DNA from: Candidatus Bipolaricaulia bacterium
GTDB lineage: Bacteria; Bipolaricaulota; Bipolaricaulia; JBHIAT01
Reading direction: 5' to 3'
Assembly (NCBI GenBank): GCA_046758705.1
Contig: JBHIAT010000068.1
Span: 1 to 17,364, forward strand
DNA: 17,364 nucleotides
Shown here: piece after piece, positions 1 through 11,883 of the stretch
How positions within the stretch are numbered: position 1 is the first letter of the stretch
How the letters are laid out: every line of letters begins with the position of its first letter
The notes under the pieces: generated by a model
Databases searched by the model: none
The model's input: only the letters and a program-made list of their open reading frames with translations
Told to the model about the DNA's origin: nothing
Position numbers and translations under genes: made by a program

Positions 1-1
1 C

Positions 2-88
2 GACGAGCAAGGCAAGCGCCGTGTCACAAGACATCTGGCCTGGGTGAGTTCACAGCTCATGCCGAGGGGAGGTGAAATACAAGCCTAA
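2..88 (+). CDS. 3' end of an ORF entering the window (DEQGKRRVTRHLAWVSSQLMPRGGEIQA*), possibly an IS200/IS605-associated protein
   Basis: Frame open from position 2 to TAA at 86-88, directly followed by IS200/IS605-like end hairpins. Too short to assign a family. Confidence 0.35.
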   Translation, partial: DEQGKRRVTRHLAWVSSQLMPRGGEIQA

Positions 89-156
89 GGGCTTGCAGCC
101 AATTCCCCCTTCTCCGTCCCCCTGAAGGAGGACGGTCCCCTTGGCTGAATTCTATG
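80..156 (+). mobile_element. Putative IS200/IS605-superfamily element end (subterminal hairpin)
   Basis: Imperfect hairpin CCGTCCCCC-TGAA-GGAGGACGG (114-135) in the context AATTCCCCCTTCT...CCCCTTGGCTGAATTCTATG. Outer pairing CAGCCAA (96-102)/TTGGCTG (141-147) and a second hairpin CAAGCC-TAAG-GGCTTG (80-95). No poly-T tail. Confidence 0.45.
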
Positions 157-183
157 GATCGACCTGATCCGAGATGATGGGAG

Positions 184-1968
184 ATGCAAAGGCAGAGTCG
201 CTCTAAGCGCAAATATAAATATGTCATCGGTGGCCTGCTGCTCGGCTTCGGGGTCGTAGGGCTCGGCCTGTTGCTGATCTACCTCGTCCCTGAGTATATC
301 ATCCCTCGCGTCAAAGGGTTAGCCACCTATAAGACCTCCAGCTTCGTGTTCCACTATCGCAGGGACGCCACCGTGGCCGAGGAGATCAGGCCGTACGCAG
401 ATTCGTTCGATGTCGATTTCAACCAGATCGCCGACTTCCTCGGCGTCGGGGGCGAGCAACTGCCCGATCAGATCCACGTCTACATCAGTGAGGATCTCAA
501 TGAGATGCAGAACTTCATCGCCGAGCGCAAGTCGTCCGGCTACGTGCCGCTGGCGGTCATCGATGTTCTCTACGGAGAGTCCCCCCGGGATGAGATCGCC
601 GAACTGGTCGCCGACTTCGGCTGGGGGCGGCCGTCGTCTAAGATTCTCAACCGGGGGGTAATCGTTCTGTTGGGCGAACCCGCGATCGACCACGAACTGC
701 TGGCCACCACCCTGCCTGAGCGGTTGTTCTTCCCGATCCAAGCGCTGAGACAGCTGGAGGAGAGCGGGAGGTTCCCGAGTCGGCCGTACGAACTGTTCAA
801 CGCCCCGGATGCCCCGGCAACGGTCTCTCTGGTTCAACTGCGCCAGCTGTTGAGGTTGGGGTTGGGAATGGAGTCTAGATATCCACCACAACAGATCATC
901 GACGCCGAGGCGGCGGCCCTGGTCGAATTCCTGATCGAAGCCGGGGGGGTGGAGCGGTTCAGGGCGCTTTGGGCCACCCGATCTCTGGAGGAAGGCCTAC
1001 AGGAGAGCTACGGCCTGTCCCTGGAGGCCCTCGAGCGGAGCTGGAAGGATCGACTTCAGCAGCGGAGGGTCGTTGAGCAAGCGACTTCTCCCGACTACCA
1101 TGCTCTGCGGGGTGGACACCTGATGTCGCTCGGGCAGTTCGCGGAGGCTCGACAGCATCTGGAGCGGGCCCTGTCCCTGTCGCTCGGATCTGAGTCCAAT
1201 GAGCTGGCGGCGGGTGCCTTCGAGGATCTGGGAAAGATCTATCTCTATCAGGGGGAGTGGGAGGAGGCCGCCCGTCACCTGGAGACGGCCGTCCGTTACA
1301 TCGGCTGGTCCACTTACCGAGCGACCGATCTGTGGGTCCACTACACTCCCGATGGGTTGACCGACGAGGAGATCCGGGGTTACGGAGCTCGGGTCAACGG
1401 ATTGGTGGAGAGGATCATCGCCCGGTTGGAGGTCGACAGGAACCGGCTGCCGGACCAGGTCATTCTGTTTTTGGACCGAGCTGAGGGATTCGAGGTGGAT
1501 GCAGCGCGCGGGGTGGCCCATCTCGGGATCGAAGCGCCTGTAGGAGGGGTGATCGCTGAGATCGTCTCCCACCATATGGTCGATGAGCCAACCCGTTCTG
1601 AGGTGCTGAAGCGTGGGCTGACGATCTATCTGGCGCGGCTCGACGATCTGGAGCCGATCTACCAGGAGGCAGCGGAGCAACTGGCGGATGGGCGTTGGAT
1701 CCCCCTTGAGGCTTTGGACTTTGATCAGTATGACGATGCGACGGTCGCGCCGCAGACAGCGGTGTTCGTCGGCTACCTGATCGAGCGATACGGGGCCGAG
1801 CGGTTCAAGAGGTTGTGGGAAACGACCTCGGTGATCGGGGGCAGTTCACTGTATCGGGCGGTCTCAGGGGTATATGGACGATCTCAGGCGGAGTTGGATG
1901 GGGAACTGCGGACGTTTTTACGGGAGAGGCGGGAGAACTCGGGGTTGAGCCGCTCGGAAGCGTTGTAA
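184..1968 (+). CDS. Membrane-anchored protein with two peptidase MA-like domains flanking a TPR segment
   Basis: 594 aa. Basic N-terminus plus hydrophobic helix; internal repeat (LVEFLIEAGGVERFRALW / FVGYLIERYGAERFKRLW; ESYGLSLEALERSW / GVYGRSQAELDGEL); TPR-like LGQFAEARQHLERAL and LGKIYLYQGEWEEAARHLETA. No HExxH motif. Confidence 0.65.
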   Translation: MQRQSRSKRKYKYVIGGLLLGFGVVGLGLLLIYLVPEYIIPRVKGLATYKTSSFVFHYRRDATVAEEIRPYADSFDVDFNQIADFLGVGGEQLPDQIHVYISEDLNEMQNFIAERKSSGYVPLAVIDVLYGESPRDEIAELVADFGWGRPSSKILNRGVIVLLGEPAIDHELLATTLPERLFFPIQALRQLEESGRFPSRPYELFNAPDAPATVSLVQLRQLLRLGLGMESRYPPQQIIDAEAAALVEFLIEAGGVERFRALWATRSLEEGLQESYGLSLEALERSWKDRLQQRRVVEQATSPDYHALRGGHLMSLGQFAEARQHLERALSLSLGSESNELAAGAFEDLGKIYLYQGEWEEAARHLETAVRYIGWSTYRATDLWVHYTPDGLTDEEIRGYGARVNGLVERIIARLEVDRNRLPDQVILFLDRAEGFEVDAARGVAHLGIEAPVGGVIAEIVSHHMVDEPTRSEVLKRGLTIYLARLDDLEPIYQEAAEQLADGRWIPLEALDFDQYDDATVAPQTAVFVGYLIERYGAERFKRLWETTSVIGGSSLYRAVSGVYGRSQAELDGELRTFLRERRENSGLSRSEAL

Positions 1969-2031
1969 AAGTCGATGAACTCTTGTATCCTAAAGAGATG
2001 GGACACTTTCCACAACGCGAGGCGATCGCCG

Positions 2032-2562
2032 ATGAAACTGGATCTCGATGAACTTAGGCTTAGGAGGAAGCCTGGTGTGGCCTTCTCTCGGACCTATGAG
2101 GGAGAGGTCTCACATCTCAACGATCGGGGCCGGCGGGTTGAGATCACCTCCTCGAAGGTCGATGCCCGTGCCTGGTACTGGGAAGCGATGGTCTACGTCT
2201 CGGTCGAGATCTGGGCGGATGTGGAGCAGGAATGCAGTCGCTGTCTCAGCAAGGTCGCCAGGAAAGTTCATGTCCAGGGGGATCTCGAGTTCCGGGAGAA
2301 CTTCGACGCTGAGTCGACCGCATTGGAGCCGATCTACGGCTATGAGGGGACGGAGATCGAATTGCTCCCCCACGTGGAGAGCCTGATCGCGCTATCGCTG
2401 GATCCCAAGCCGCTTTGCAGGCCGGATTGCAACGGACTCTGCCCCTACTGTGGCGCCGACCTGAACCAAGAACCCCACCACCACTGTCCGGTCCTGGAGA
2501 GCGAGGGTCAACGCTCTAAAGCCACGGATCCTCGGTTGCAGAAGTTAGAAGAGCTTCTATAG
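2032..2562 (+). CDS. yceD: YceD/DUF177 family metal-binding protein
   Basis: CSRCL and KPLCRPDCNGLCPYCGADLN motifs, C-terminal DPRLQKLEEL. Start placed at ATG 2032 after GAGG; the open frame extends to 1975. Confidence 0.88.
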   Translation: MKLDLDELRLRRKPGVAFSRTYEGEVSHLNDRGRRVEITSSKVDARAWYWEAMVYVSVEIWADVEQECSRCLSKVARKVHVQGDLEFRENFDAESTALEPIYGYEGTEIELLPHVESLIALSLDPKPLCRPDCNGLCPYCGADLNQEPHHHCPVLESEGQRSKATDPRLQKLEELL

Positions 2563-2565
2563 AAT

Positions 2566-3130
2566 ATGGGTTCAAAGGTCGACGGTGAGGAGATCGTCTT
2601 AGGGATCGATCCCGGCTTGGCGACGACCGGCTACGGGGTGATCCGGAATCTGGGACGTCGTGAGCAGAATCGCTATGTGGAATGTGGGGTGCTCACCACC
2701 GACCCCGAGCGGAGGACCCCGCAACGGTTGCACACTCTGTTTCAGGAGATCCAGGAGCTCGTCGCGGAGTTCAACCCGGATGCACTGGCGATCGAACGGG
2801 TGTTCTTCAGCAAGAACGCCAAGACCGCGATGGAGGTCAGCGAGGCGCGGGGCGTCGTGTTGCTGGCGGCCGGGACCGAGGAGATTCCGGTCTACGAATA
2901 TACCCCGTTGCAGATAAAGCGGATTATTACCGGCTACGGTAAGGCGAACAAACGTCAGGTACAGGAGATGGTCAAACGTTTGCTCGATCTCAACGACATC
3001 CCCAAACCGGCCGATGCCGCCGACGCGGTCGGGGTCGCGCTGTGCTACATCCTGGATCAGCATTCCGGGCTCAGAGTTGAGCCACAAGCCGACCCGAACA
3101 AAAACAGAAACAGATATCATACTCCACGCC

Positions 3131-3141
<11 letters not shown>
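2566..3141 (+). CDS. ruvC: Holliday junction resolvase RuvC
   Basis: VLGIDPGLATTGYGVI, AIERVFF, EARGV, EYTPLQIK, GYGKANKRQVQEMV, PADAADAVGVALC. Confidence 0.96.
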
Positions 3142-5869
<2,728 letters not shown>

Positions 5870-5900
5870 GCCGGGTCATAGACAGGGCAGGGGATGAGTG

Positions 5901-6662
5901 ATGGCGGACGTCACACTACAGGGCGTGACGAAGCGTTTCGGGGATGTGGTCGCCGTCGACGATTTGAGCGTCGGGATCAAGCACGGGGAGTTCTTCGTCG
6001 TCGTCGGCCCGACCGCGTGTGGTAAGACCACTTTGCTGCGTCTGATCGCCGGACTCCTCAAGCCGGATAGCGGCGAGATCTACTTTGATGGGGAACCGGT
6101 GGACCACCTCAGACCTGCGGAGCGCGGGGTGCGGATGGTGTTCCAAAGCTACGCCCTTTACCCGCACATGAAGGTCTTCGATCGGAAGCGGCAATCCAAT
6201 CTCAGCTTCGCCCTGATGATTCATAAGTTTATGCCCGAGAAGCTCATCGAGCGAGTTGAAGCCGTGGCCCGCCGCATCGGGATCGAAAAACAGCTTTATG
6301 CACGCAAGCCCGATCAGCTCTCTGAAGGCCAGAAGCAGAAGGTGGCCGTCGGCCGGGCGATCACGTTGCCGCCGAAGATGCTGCTCATGGACGAGCCGTT
6401 GAGCAACCTCGACCCCCAAAGCCGGTTGAAATCGAGGACAGAGATTCGCAAGCTCCACGAGGAGTTGCGGGCGACGACCGTCTATGTGACCCACGACTTG
6501 GCGGAGGCGTTCACGCTCGCTGACACCCTGGCAGTGATGCACCGGGGGAAGTTCGTCCAGATCGGTCGACCACGGGAGATCTACCGAAATCCGGTGAATC
6601 GGTTTGTCGAGGAGTTTGTAACCAGCTACGAGGCGTTGATCCGGGAGGCGTTCGACCGGTAG
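5901..6662 (+). CDS. MalK/UgpC-like ABC transporter ATP-binding protein, short, no C-terminal TOBE/regulatory domain
   Basis: Walker A GPTACGKTT, Q-loop VFQSYALYPHM, signature LSEGQ, Walker B LLMDEPLSNLD, H-loop YVTHD. GTG 5898 is an alternative start. Confidence 0.9.
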   Translation: MADVTLQGVTKRFGDVVAVDDLSVGIKHGEFFVVVGPTACGKTTLLRLIAGLLKPDSGEIYFDGEPVDHLRPAERGVRMVFQSYALYPHMKVFDRKRQSNLSFALMIHKFMPEKLIERVEAVARRIGIEKQLYARKPDQLSEGQKQKVAVGRAITLPPKMLLMDEPLSNLDPQSRLKSRTEIRKLHEELRATTVYVTHDLAEAFTLADTLAVMHRGKFVQIGRPREIYRNPVNRFVEEFVTSYEALIREAFDR

Positions 6663-6671
6663 CTCGTCTTT

Positions 6672-7790
6672 CTATTTCCGGATGACCGCCTCAATGGCGG
6701 CGAGCGCGTAGCTGACGTTTCGCTCCTGAGCCGTGTGGCCCATCAATCCGATCCGCCATACCTTCCCGGCGAGTGTGCCCAACCCGCCGCCGACCTCGAG
6801 GTGGTATCGCTCCAGCAGAGCCTTCCTCACCCTCAGATCGTCAACGCCGTCGGGCAGCAAGGCGGTGGTGAGCGGCGGGAGGCGGTATCCCTCGGGGGCG
6901 AACAGGCGGAAACCAAGATCCTCCAGGCCCTCCCGGAGCAGCCGGCTCACCCGGCGATGGCGCTCGAACCGAGCCTCCAGACCCTCCGCCTCGATGAGCT
7001 GGAGGGCCTCATGGAGTGCGTAGTTCATCGTGATTGGTGTGGTGTGATGGTAGAGGCGTTGCTCACCCCAATATCGTTCCAACAGCACGAGATCGAGATA
7101 GAAGCTCCCGACCGGCGTCCGACGCGACACAATCTTGCGCAACGCCCGTTCCCCGACGGTGATCGGGGCCAGTCCCGGCGGTGCACTCAGACACTTCTGG
7201 GAGCCGCTGAAGCTGAAGTCGATATGGTTGGCATCGACCTCGACCGGGACCCCGCCGAGCGAGCAGACGGTGTCAACGACGAATAGGGCGTCGTGAGCTC
7301 GGACGAGCTCGCCGATCTCGCGAAGCGGTTGTTCGACACCGGTTGACGTCTCAGCGTGGATGAGCGCGACCACCTTGGCATCCGTCCGCTCGAGCGCCGA
7401 CTCGATCTGCTCCGGTTCGACGATCTGACCCCAGGGAGGATCGATCCGATGGACGACCGCTCCCAAGCGCTCGGCCATCTCGGCGATCCGGGCGCCGAAG
7501 TATCCGATGATGCCCACGATGATCTCGTCCCCCGACTCCAGCAGGTTGACCAGCGCCGTCTCCATCCCAGCCGTCCCCGTCCCGGAGATCGGGAACGTCA
7601 GCTCGTTTTGGGTGTTGAAGAGCCGGCGCAACCCCCGCTGGTTTTCGTCCATCACCTCGAAGAAGTACGGATCGAGATGGCCGACGACCGGCGCGGTCAT
7701 CGCCCGCATCACCCGCGGCGAGACGTTGCTGGGCCCCGGCCCCATCAAGATTCGCTCGGGGGGATCGAGAGATCGGCCGGAATCGGACAA
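6672..7790 (-). CDS. Alanine--glyoxylate / serine--pyruvate aminotransferase (class V PLP enzyme)
   Basis: LMGPGPSNV, ISGTGTAGME, HAETSTGV, VDTVCSLGG, SGSQKCLSAPPGL (PLP lysine), YHHT, WRIGLMG. TTG start with AAAGGAGG RBS. Confidence 0.93.
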   Translation of the reverse strand: MSDSGRSLDPPERILMGPGPSNVSPRVMRAMTAPVVGHLDPYFFEVMDENQRGLRRLFNTQNELTFPISGTGTAGMETALVNLLESGDEIIVGIIGYFGARIAEMAERLGAVVHRIDPPWGQIVEPEQIESALERTDAKVVALIHAETSTGVEQPLREIGELVRAHDALFVVDTVCSLGGVPVEVDANHIDFSFSGSQKCLSAPPGLAPITVGERALRKIVSRRTPVGSFYLDLVLLERYWGEQRLYHHTTPITMNYALHEALQLIEAEGLEARFERHRRVSRLLREGLEDLGFRLFAPEGYRLPPLTTALLPDGVDDLRVRKALLERYHLEVGGGLGTLAGKVWRIGLMGHTAQERNVSYALAAIEAVIRK

Positions 7791-7812
7791 CGGTCCTCCT
7801 TTTTACTCTGCT

Positions 7813-7842
7813 ATTTTAACCCTGTAGCGGACGTGGAATCAA
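7813..7842 (-). promoter_or_regulatory. Candidate sigma70 promoter for the aminotransferase
   Basis: Minus strand TTGATT (7842-7837), 18 nt spacer, TAAAAT (7818-7813), just upstream of the RBS. Confidence 0.4.
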
Positions 7843-7870
7843 ACCAGGGCTTGTTTAGATCGGAGCCGGC

Positions 7871-7900
7871 TTTACAACAGGGTGAATCGGATGATAAAAT
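7871..7900 (+). promoter_or_regulatory. Candidate sigma70 promoter for aquaporin-osmC
   Basis: TTTACA (7871-7876), 18 nt spacer, extended -10 TGaTAAAAT (7892-7900). Confidence 0.5.
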
Positions 7901-7924
7901 GGCTGAAAAACAGAGGTCGATATA

Positions 7925-8629
7925 ATGAACGATGGATGGTGGAGGGCGTGCATCGCCGAGTTGATCGGGACGTTCTCGCTCGTCTTCATCGGCGCCGGGG
8001 CGATCGTGACCAACAGCTACACCGAGGGCGGGGTGGGGTTGATTGGGATCGCCCTGGCCCACGGTCTGGTCCTGTCGGTGATGGTCTCGGCGACTGGTCA
8101 TATCTCAGGAGGCCATATCAACCCGGCGGTGACGTTCGCGGCCATGATCACCGGCAGGATCGGCGTCGGCCTGGGAGGGCTGTACGCTGTCTTCCAGCTG
8201 GCCGGAGGCGTGATCGCCGGATATCTGCTTCGGGCGATCTTCCCGGTCCGTGTTTGGGATCCTGTCAATCTAGGAACTCCAGGGTTGGACACGGGAGTTT
8301 CGTTCGGAATCGGGGTTTTGGTCGAAGCGATTCTGACGTTCTTCCTCGTGTTCGTCATCTTTGGGGTGGCGATGGACGAACGAGGTCCCAAAGCGATCGC
8401 GAGTTTCGCCATCGGCTTGGTGCTCACCCTCGATATCCTGGTCGGCGGGCCGCTGACCGGCGCGTCGATGAACCCGGCCCGGACGTTCGGCCCGGCGGCG
8501 GCCGCCGGGTTCTGGACCGACCACAGCGTCTACTGGGTCGGCCCGCTCGTCGGCGGGGGGGTGGCCGCGCTCGTCTACCATTTTCTACTGAGAGTCTCTA
8601 ACAAAACCGGAGCCGGCGATATACAATGA
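7925..8629 (+). CDS. MIP family channel (aquaporin)
   Basis: AELIGTF, SGGHINPAVT and GASMNPARTFGP (two NPA motifs), YWVGPLVG; multiple hydrophobic helices. Confidence 0.95.
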   Translation: MNDGWWRACIAELIGTFSLVFIGAGAIVTNSYTEGGVGLIGIALAHGLVLSVMVSATGHISGGHINPAVTFAAMITGRIGVGLGGLYAVFQLAGGVIAGYLLRAIFPVRVWDPVNLGTPGLDTGVSFGIGVLVEAILTFFLVFVIFGVAMDERGPKAIASFAIGLVLTLDILVGGPLTGASMNPARTFGPAAAAGFWTDHSVYWVGPLVGGGVAALVYHFLLRVSNKTGAGDIQ

Positions 8630-8671
8630 AGTATAGCATCACCTATACACCCATAGTAGAAAGGAGAACTC

Positions 8672-9088
8672 ATGCCAGTACGAACTGCAGAAGCTGAATG
8701 GAAAGGGACCCTGCGCGAGGGGCAGGGCATGATGAAGTTCGGAAGCGGTACGTTCGAGGGCGCCTACACCTACGCTTCTCGCTTCGAATCGGGTGAAGGC
8801 ACCAATCCGGAAGAACTGATCGGGGCGGCGCACGCGGGCTGCTTTTCTATGTTCCTTGCTGCTCTGCTTTCCAGCGACGGCTACACGCCGACAAGCATCC
8901 GCACCACCGCGAAGGTCCATCTCGAACAGGGCCCCGAGATCACCCTCATCGAGCTCAACACCGAGGCTGAGGTTCCGGGAATCGACGAACAAACCTTCAA
9001 CGAGCACGCTAAGGCAGCCAAGAACGACTGCCCCGTTTCTAAGGCTCTAGCTGGACCAGAGATTCAGTTGAATGCGAAGCTCGTGTAA
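8672..9088 (+). CDS. osmC: OsmC family peroxiredoxin
   Basis: AEAEWKG, SRFE, TNPEELIGAAHAGCFSM, CPVSKAL; AAAGGAG RBS. Confidence 0.93.
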   Translation: MPVRTAEAEWKGTLREGQGMMKFGSGTFEGAYTYASRFESGEGTNPEELIGAAHAGCFSMFLAALLSSDGYTPTSIRTTAKVHLEQGPEITLIELNTEAEVPGIDEQTFNEHAKAAKNDCPVSKALAGPEIQLNAKLV

Positions 9089-9163
9089 GTCAAACTAACC
9101 AAATGCACATTTGATTCCTTCGTTGATCCCCCGTTAAACTCGAAGTCGGGAAGGAGGTTATTG

Positions 9164-9511
9164 ATGTCCTGGAAACGGCCCGTTCTGGCGATGTTCGGAC
9201 TGTTGGCCCTCACCTTGGCCGGCTGCATCCCCCAGCAGGATCAGCTTATCACGACGGATCCCGCCTGGTCGCCCGACGGAACGCGAGTCGCATTCGTCTC
9301 CAACCGAGATGGCAACCTGGAGATCTATATCGTTGACATGCAAAGCGGAGCGGTCAACCGATTGACGAACAACGAATCCAACGAGATCGCCCCCACTTGG
9401 TCACCCGATGGGACCCAAATCATCTTCAGCTCGGATCGGACTGATAATTGGGAACTGTATGTGATGGATGCCGATGGCTTTAACGTTAAGAGGCTCACCG
9501 GAGGCCCGTAG
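9164..9511 (+). CDS. Small lipoprotein with TolB-like PD40 repeats
   Basis: Signal peptide with lipobox LAGC; PAWSPDGTRVAFVSNRDGNLEIY and PTWSPDGTQIIFSSDRTDNWELY; AGGAGG 6 nt before ATG 9164. Confidence 0.85.
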   Translation: MSWKRPVLAMFGLLALTLAGCIPQQDQLITTDPAWSPDGTRVAFVSNRDGNLEIYIVDMQSGAVNRLTNNESNEIAPTWSPDGTQIIFSSDRTDNWELYVMDADGFNVKRLTGGP

Positions 9512-9608
9512 CGAGGTTGGCCAAATCAGAGTCCACCGAGGCCAGATGTGTGCTGATGACCTCTTCCCGGACGTTTGTGCCGATACAAGTATGAGATTGT
9601 TAGGATTT

Positions 9609-9617
9609 TGCTATAGT
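9609..9617 (+). promoter_or_regulatory. Candidate extended -10 promoter of the PilX-like array
   Basis: TGcTATAGT in an AT-rich spacer about 37 nt upstream of ATG 9654. Confidence 0.4.
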
Positions 9618-9653
9618 ATACCGTAGAGATATCATCTAGGGGACAGGCGGTTA

Positions 9654-11837
9654 ATGATGAAAACCGGGGATGAACGGGGATTCGCGCTGATCATGACGAT
9701 CTTCTTCGCGCTGCTGGTCACGCTGCTTGGCAGCACCTACCTTTACGTGAACCTCAACGGCCAGCGGTATGCTACCTTCATCCAGGACAGCGAGATGGCT
9801 GTGTACAAGTCCAAAGCCGGTCTGCGGCGTACGGAGCTGCACCTGATGCAGCGGTCCGGTAGCTTGGCCTCGGCACAGACCCAGGCCCCCCGTTGGGTCC
9901 CCTCCGCCTACCAGACCCAAGGATACCTGATAAGGAGCGAGATCCAAAACGATGACCAGTTGCTGGAGGCGGACGTGTTCGTCTTGGCGAGCGAGACCAC
10001 GTACACCTTGATCTCCCGGGGGAAGCACCGGGGAGCAGAGCGGGTCATTGTCGAGGTGATCGAGTTAAATGGGAGTGTGAATTCGCTGGCCCGCTACAAC
10101 CTGTTCCAGAACTCCAACAGCATGCCGGCCAAGTTCGGCGGCTCCTCCATCTGGTTCGTCCCCGGTGACTCGTTTACCGGCCCGGTCCATATGAACGCCG
10201 AGGGTGGCGCTTCCGACCGTATCCGCATCATCACCGATGATAGTGGCGGGAATCTGATCGACTCCCCGATCTTCACGGGTGAGGTGACCACCGTCAAGAA
10301 CGAAGTGCGCCTCCGTACCGATAGCCGCGGCGACAACATCTATCGCTACCAGGCGTCCCCTCCCAACAGTTACGATCTGATGGAGGACGAGCTTCCCGAC
10401 TGGAAAGATACGATCTTCCAGGGCGGGATCAGCTACCTCGACCAGCCGCTGGCGATGATCCAACAGTCTCAGACCGGCAGCGACTTCGATGCGATGAAGC
10501 GGGAGGCGGTGCGCCGGGGAACGATCCTGCCCGAGTATCGGGTGGTGGTTACCTCGGTGGGAAGCGATATAACCGAGACCCCGACGTTTAGCTACTGGAA
10601 GTACACCGGCTCCCAGACGACCCAGATCGCCGGGGACAATCCCTACGACCTGGGCCAAACCTCAGAGGTTCCATCGTTGCTGGTCAACGGCTACCAGTTC
10701 TATAAGATCGAGGACAACGCTCAGGTGTGGGTCAACAATCCGAGCGACCCGCAATCGAAGGTGGAGGTGGAGAAACGCAAGTTCGACTGGCCGTTCTACT
10801 GGCTCGCCGACTACTACGTGCGGGCGACCGACATCAGCTGGTTCGAGGAGCTTGGTTCGCTGGAGGAGCTCAACACCGAGCTTCAAGCGGCCGGATTTGA
10901 GCAGGAGATCGGCCCTGGGGCAGACATCTCCAGTCCGAGAGGGAATCTGTGGATTCGACCTCCGGCTCTCAGTGCCAGCGGCCAGACGGAGCGGATCGAG
11001 GTCGAACCGATCGAGCAGTGGAAGATCGTCTTTGAGGATGACGAGTTCAGCCTGTACTACACCCCTCAGACCCCCGATTACACCATCTGCACCCGTTGGA
11101 GGCGTGGAAGGTGCACGTCGACAGTGGACTACGGAGAACCCCATCCGGGCAACGACGGCGGGGATACCGACTCCAATGATCCCAGCTGGGTGCGGGTGAC
11201 GGCGGCGAACAACACCTGGGGGATCCAGACGGGGTTGCAGGCATCTACCGGTGGCGCGGGCGGCAACGAGCTGATCTACTTCTCCAACAACCTGTATGTC
11301 GAGGGAATCATCAGTGAGTCGGCGTCGGTGATCACCGAGGATCACCTGTACCTGGGGAACGGCGGGGAGGGGGTGCGCTACCGGTATCTGGTCGACCATC
11401 CGGAGATCGACGTTCACAACTTCAATCCGGACGATCATCCCGACTTCGACTACTATCTGGGGATGATCGCGCGCGGGGATATCATCATCAGCCAGTACTT
11501 CAACGGTACGGACATCGACATTCACGGGTCGCTGCTGGCCGCCGAGGGGAGTTTTTGGTACAGCCTCTACAACCAGGACTTGGCCGCAGCTCATGACCAG
11601 ATCGAGCTGTTTGGGGGATTAGCCCAGGACAGCCGAGGTCCGGTGGGGATGACGAACGGGAAGGGATTCACCAAAGACTATGTGTACGATGAGCGGCTGC
11701 GGGGCGGGACGGAGGGCCAGGTGACCGAGAGCCAGAACCGCCCGCCGGCCTACCCGCTGGTGAAGTCCGGGGACATACAGGATCCGACGATCCGGCCGGT
11801 GATCAACATCTCCATCTCCAGATGGGGGGAGCAATAA
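9654..11837 (+). CDS. Large PilX-like minor pilin, copy 1 (C-terminus resembles DUF4900/ComZ-type proteins)
   Basis: Class III signal DERG|FALIMTIFFALLVTLLG lacking Glu+5 (PilX/GspK type); DSFTGPVHMN; C-terminal FGGLAQDSRGPVG...GFTKDYVYDERL...PPAYP...WGE. Family assigned from remembered motifs. Confidence 0.72.
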   Translation: MMKTGDERGFALIMTIFFALLVTLLGSTYLYVNLNGQRYATFIQDSEMAVYKSKAGLRRTELHLMQRSGSLASAQTQAPRWVPSAYQTQGYLIRSEIQNDDQLLEADVFVLASETTYTLISRGKHRGAERVIVEVIELNGSVNSLARYNLFQNSNSMPAKFGGSSIWFVPGDSFTGPVHMNAEGGASDRIRIITDDSGGNLIDSPIFTGEVTTVKNEVRLRTDSRGDNIYRYQASPPNSYDLMEDELPDWKDTIFQGGISYLDQPLAMIQQSQTGSDFDAMKREAVRRGTILPEYRVVVTSVGSDITETPTFSYWKYTGSQTTQIAGDNPYDLGQTSEVPSLLVNGYQFYKIEDNAQVWVNNPSDPQSKVEVEKRKFDWPFYWLADYYVRATDISWFEELGSLEELNTELQAAGFEQEIGPGADISSPRGNLWIRPPALSASGQTERIEVEPIEQWKIVFEDDEFSLYYTPQTPDYTICTRWRRGRCTSTVDYGEPHPGNDGGDTDSNDPSWVRVTAANNTWGIQTGLQASTGGAGGNELIYFSNNLYVEGIISESASVITEDHLYLGNGGEGVRYRYLVDHPEIDVHNFNPDDHPDFDYYLGMIARGDIIISQYFNGTDIDIHGSLLAAEGSFWYSLYNQDLAAAHDQIELFGGLAQDSRGPVGMTNGKGFTKDYVYDERLRGGTEGQVTESQNRPPAYPLVKSGDIQDPTIRPVINISISRWGEQ
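10437..11665 (+). repeat. Direct repeat copy A: apparently identical 1229 bp core shared with 12979-14207
   Basis: Offset 2542. Flanking mismatches at 10436/12978 and 11666/14208. Sense, alternate-frame and antisense ORF translations in the track are identical across the region. Confidence 0.92.
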
Positions 11838-11883
11838 TCTCCGTATAACCACACCTCTCAAATTCACTCCCTATCTGCAATTG

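Noticed and set aside
3014-3130. N-terminal extension of PolA from ATG 3014
   Set aside because: It lies wholly within ruvC and is not PolA-like; ATG 3131 is more plausible.
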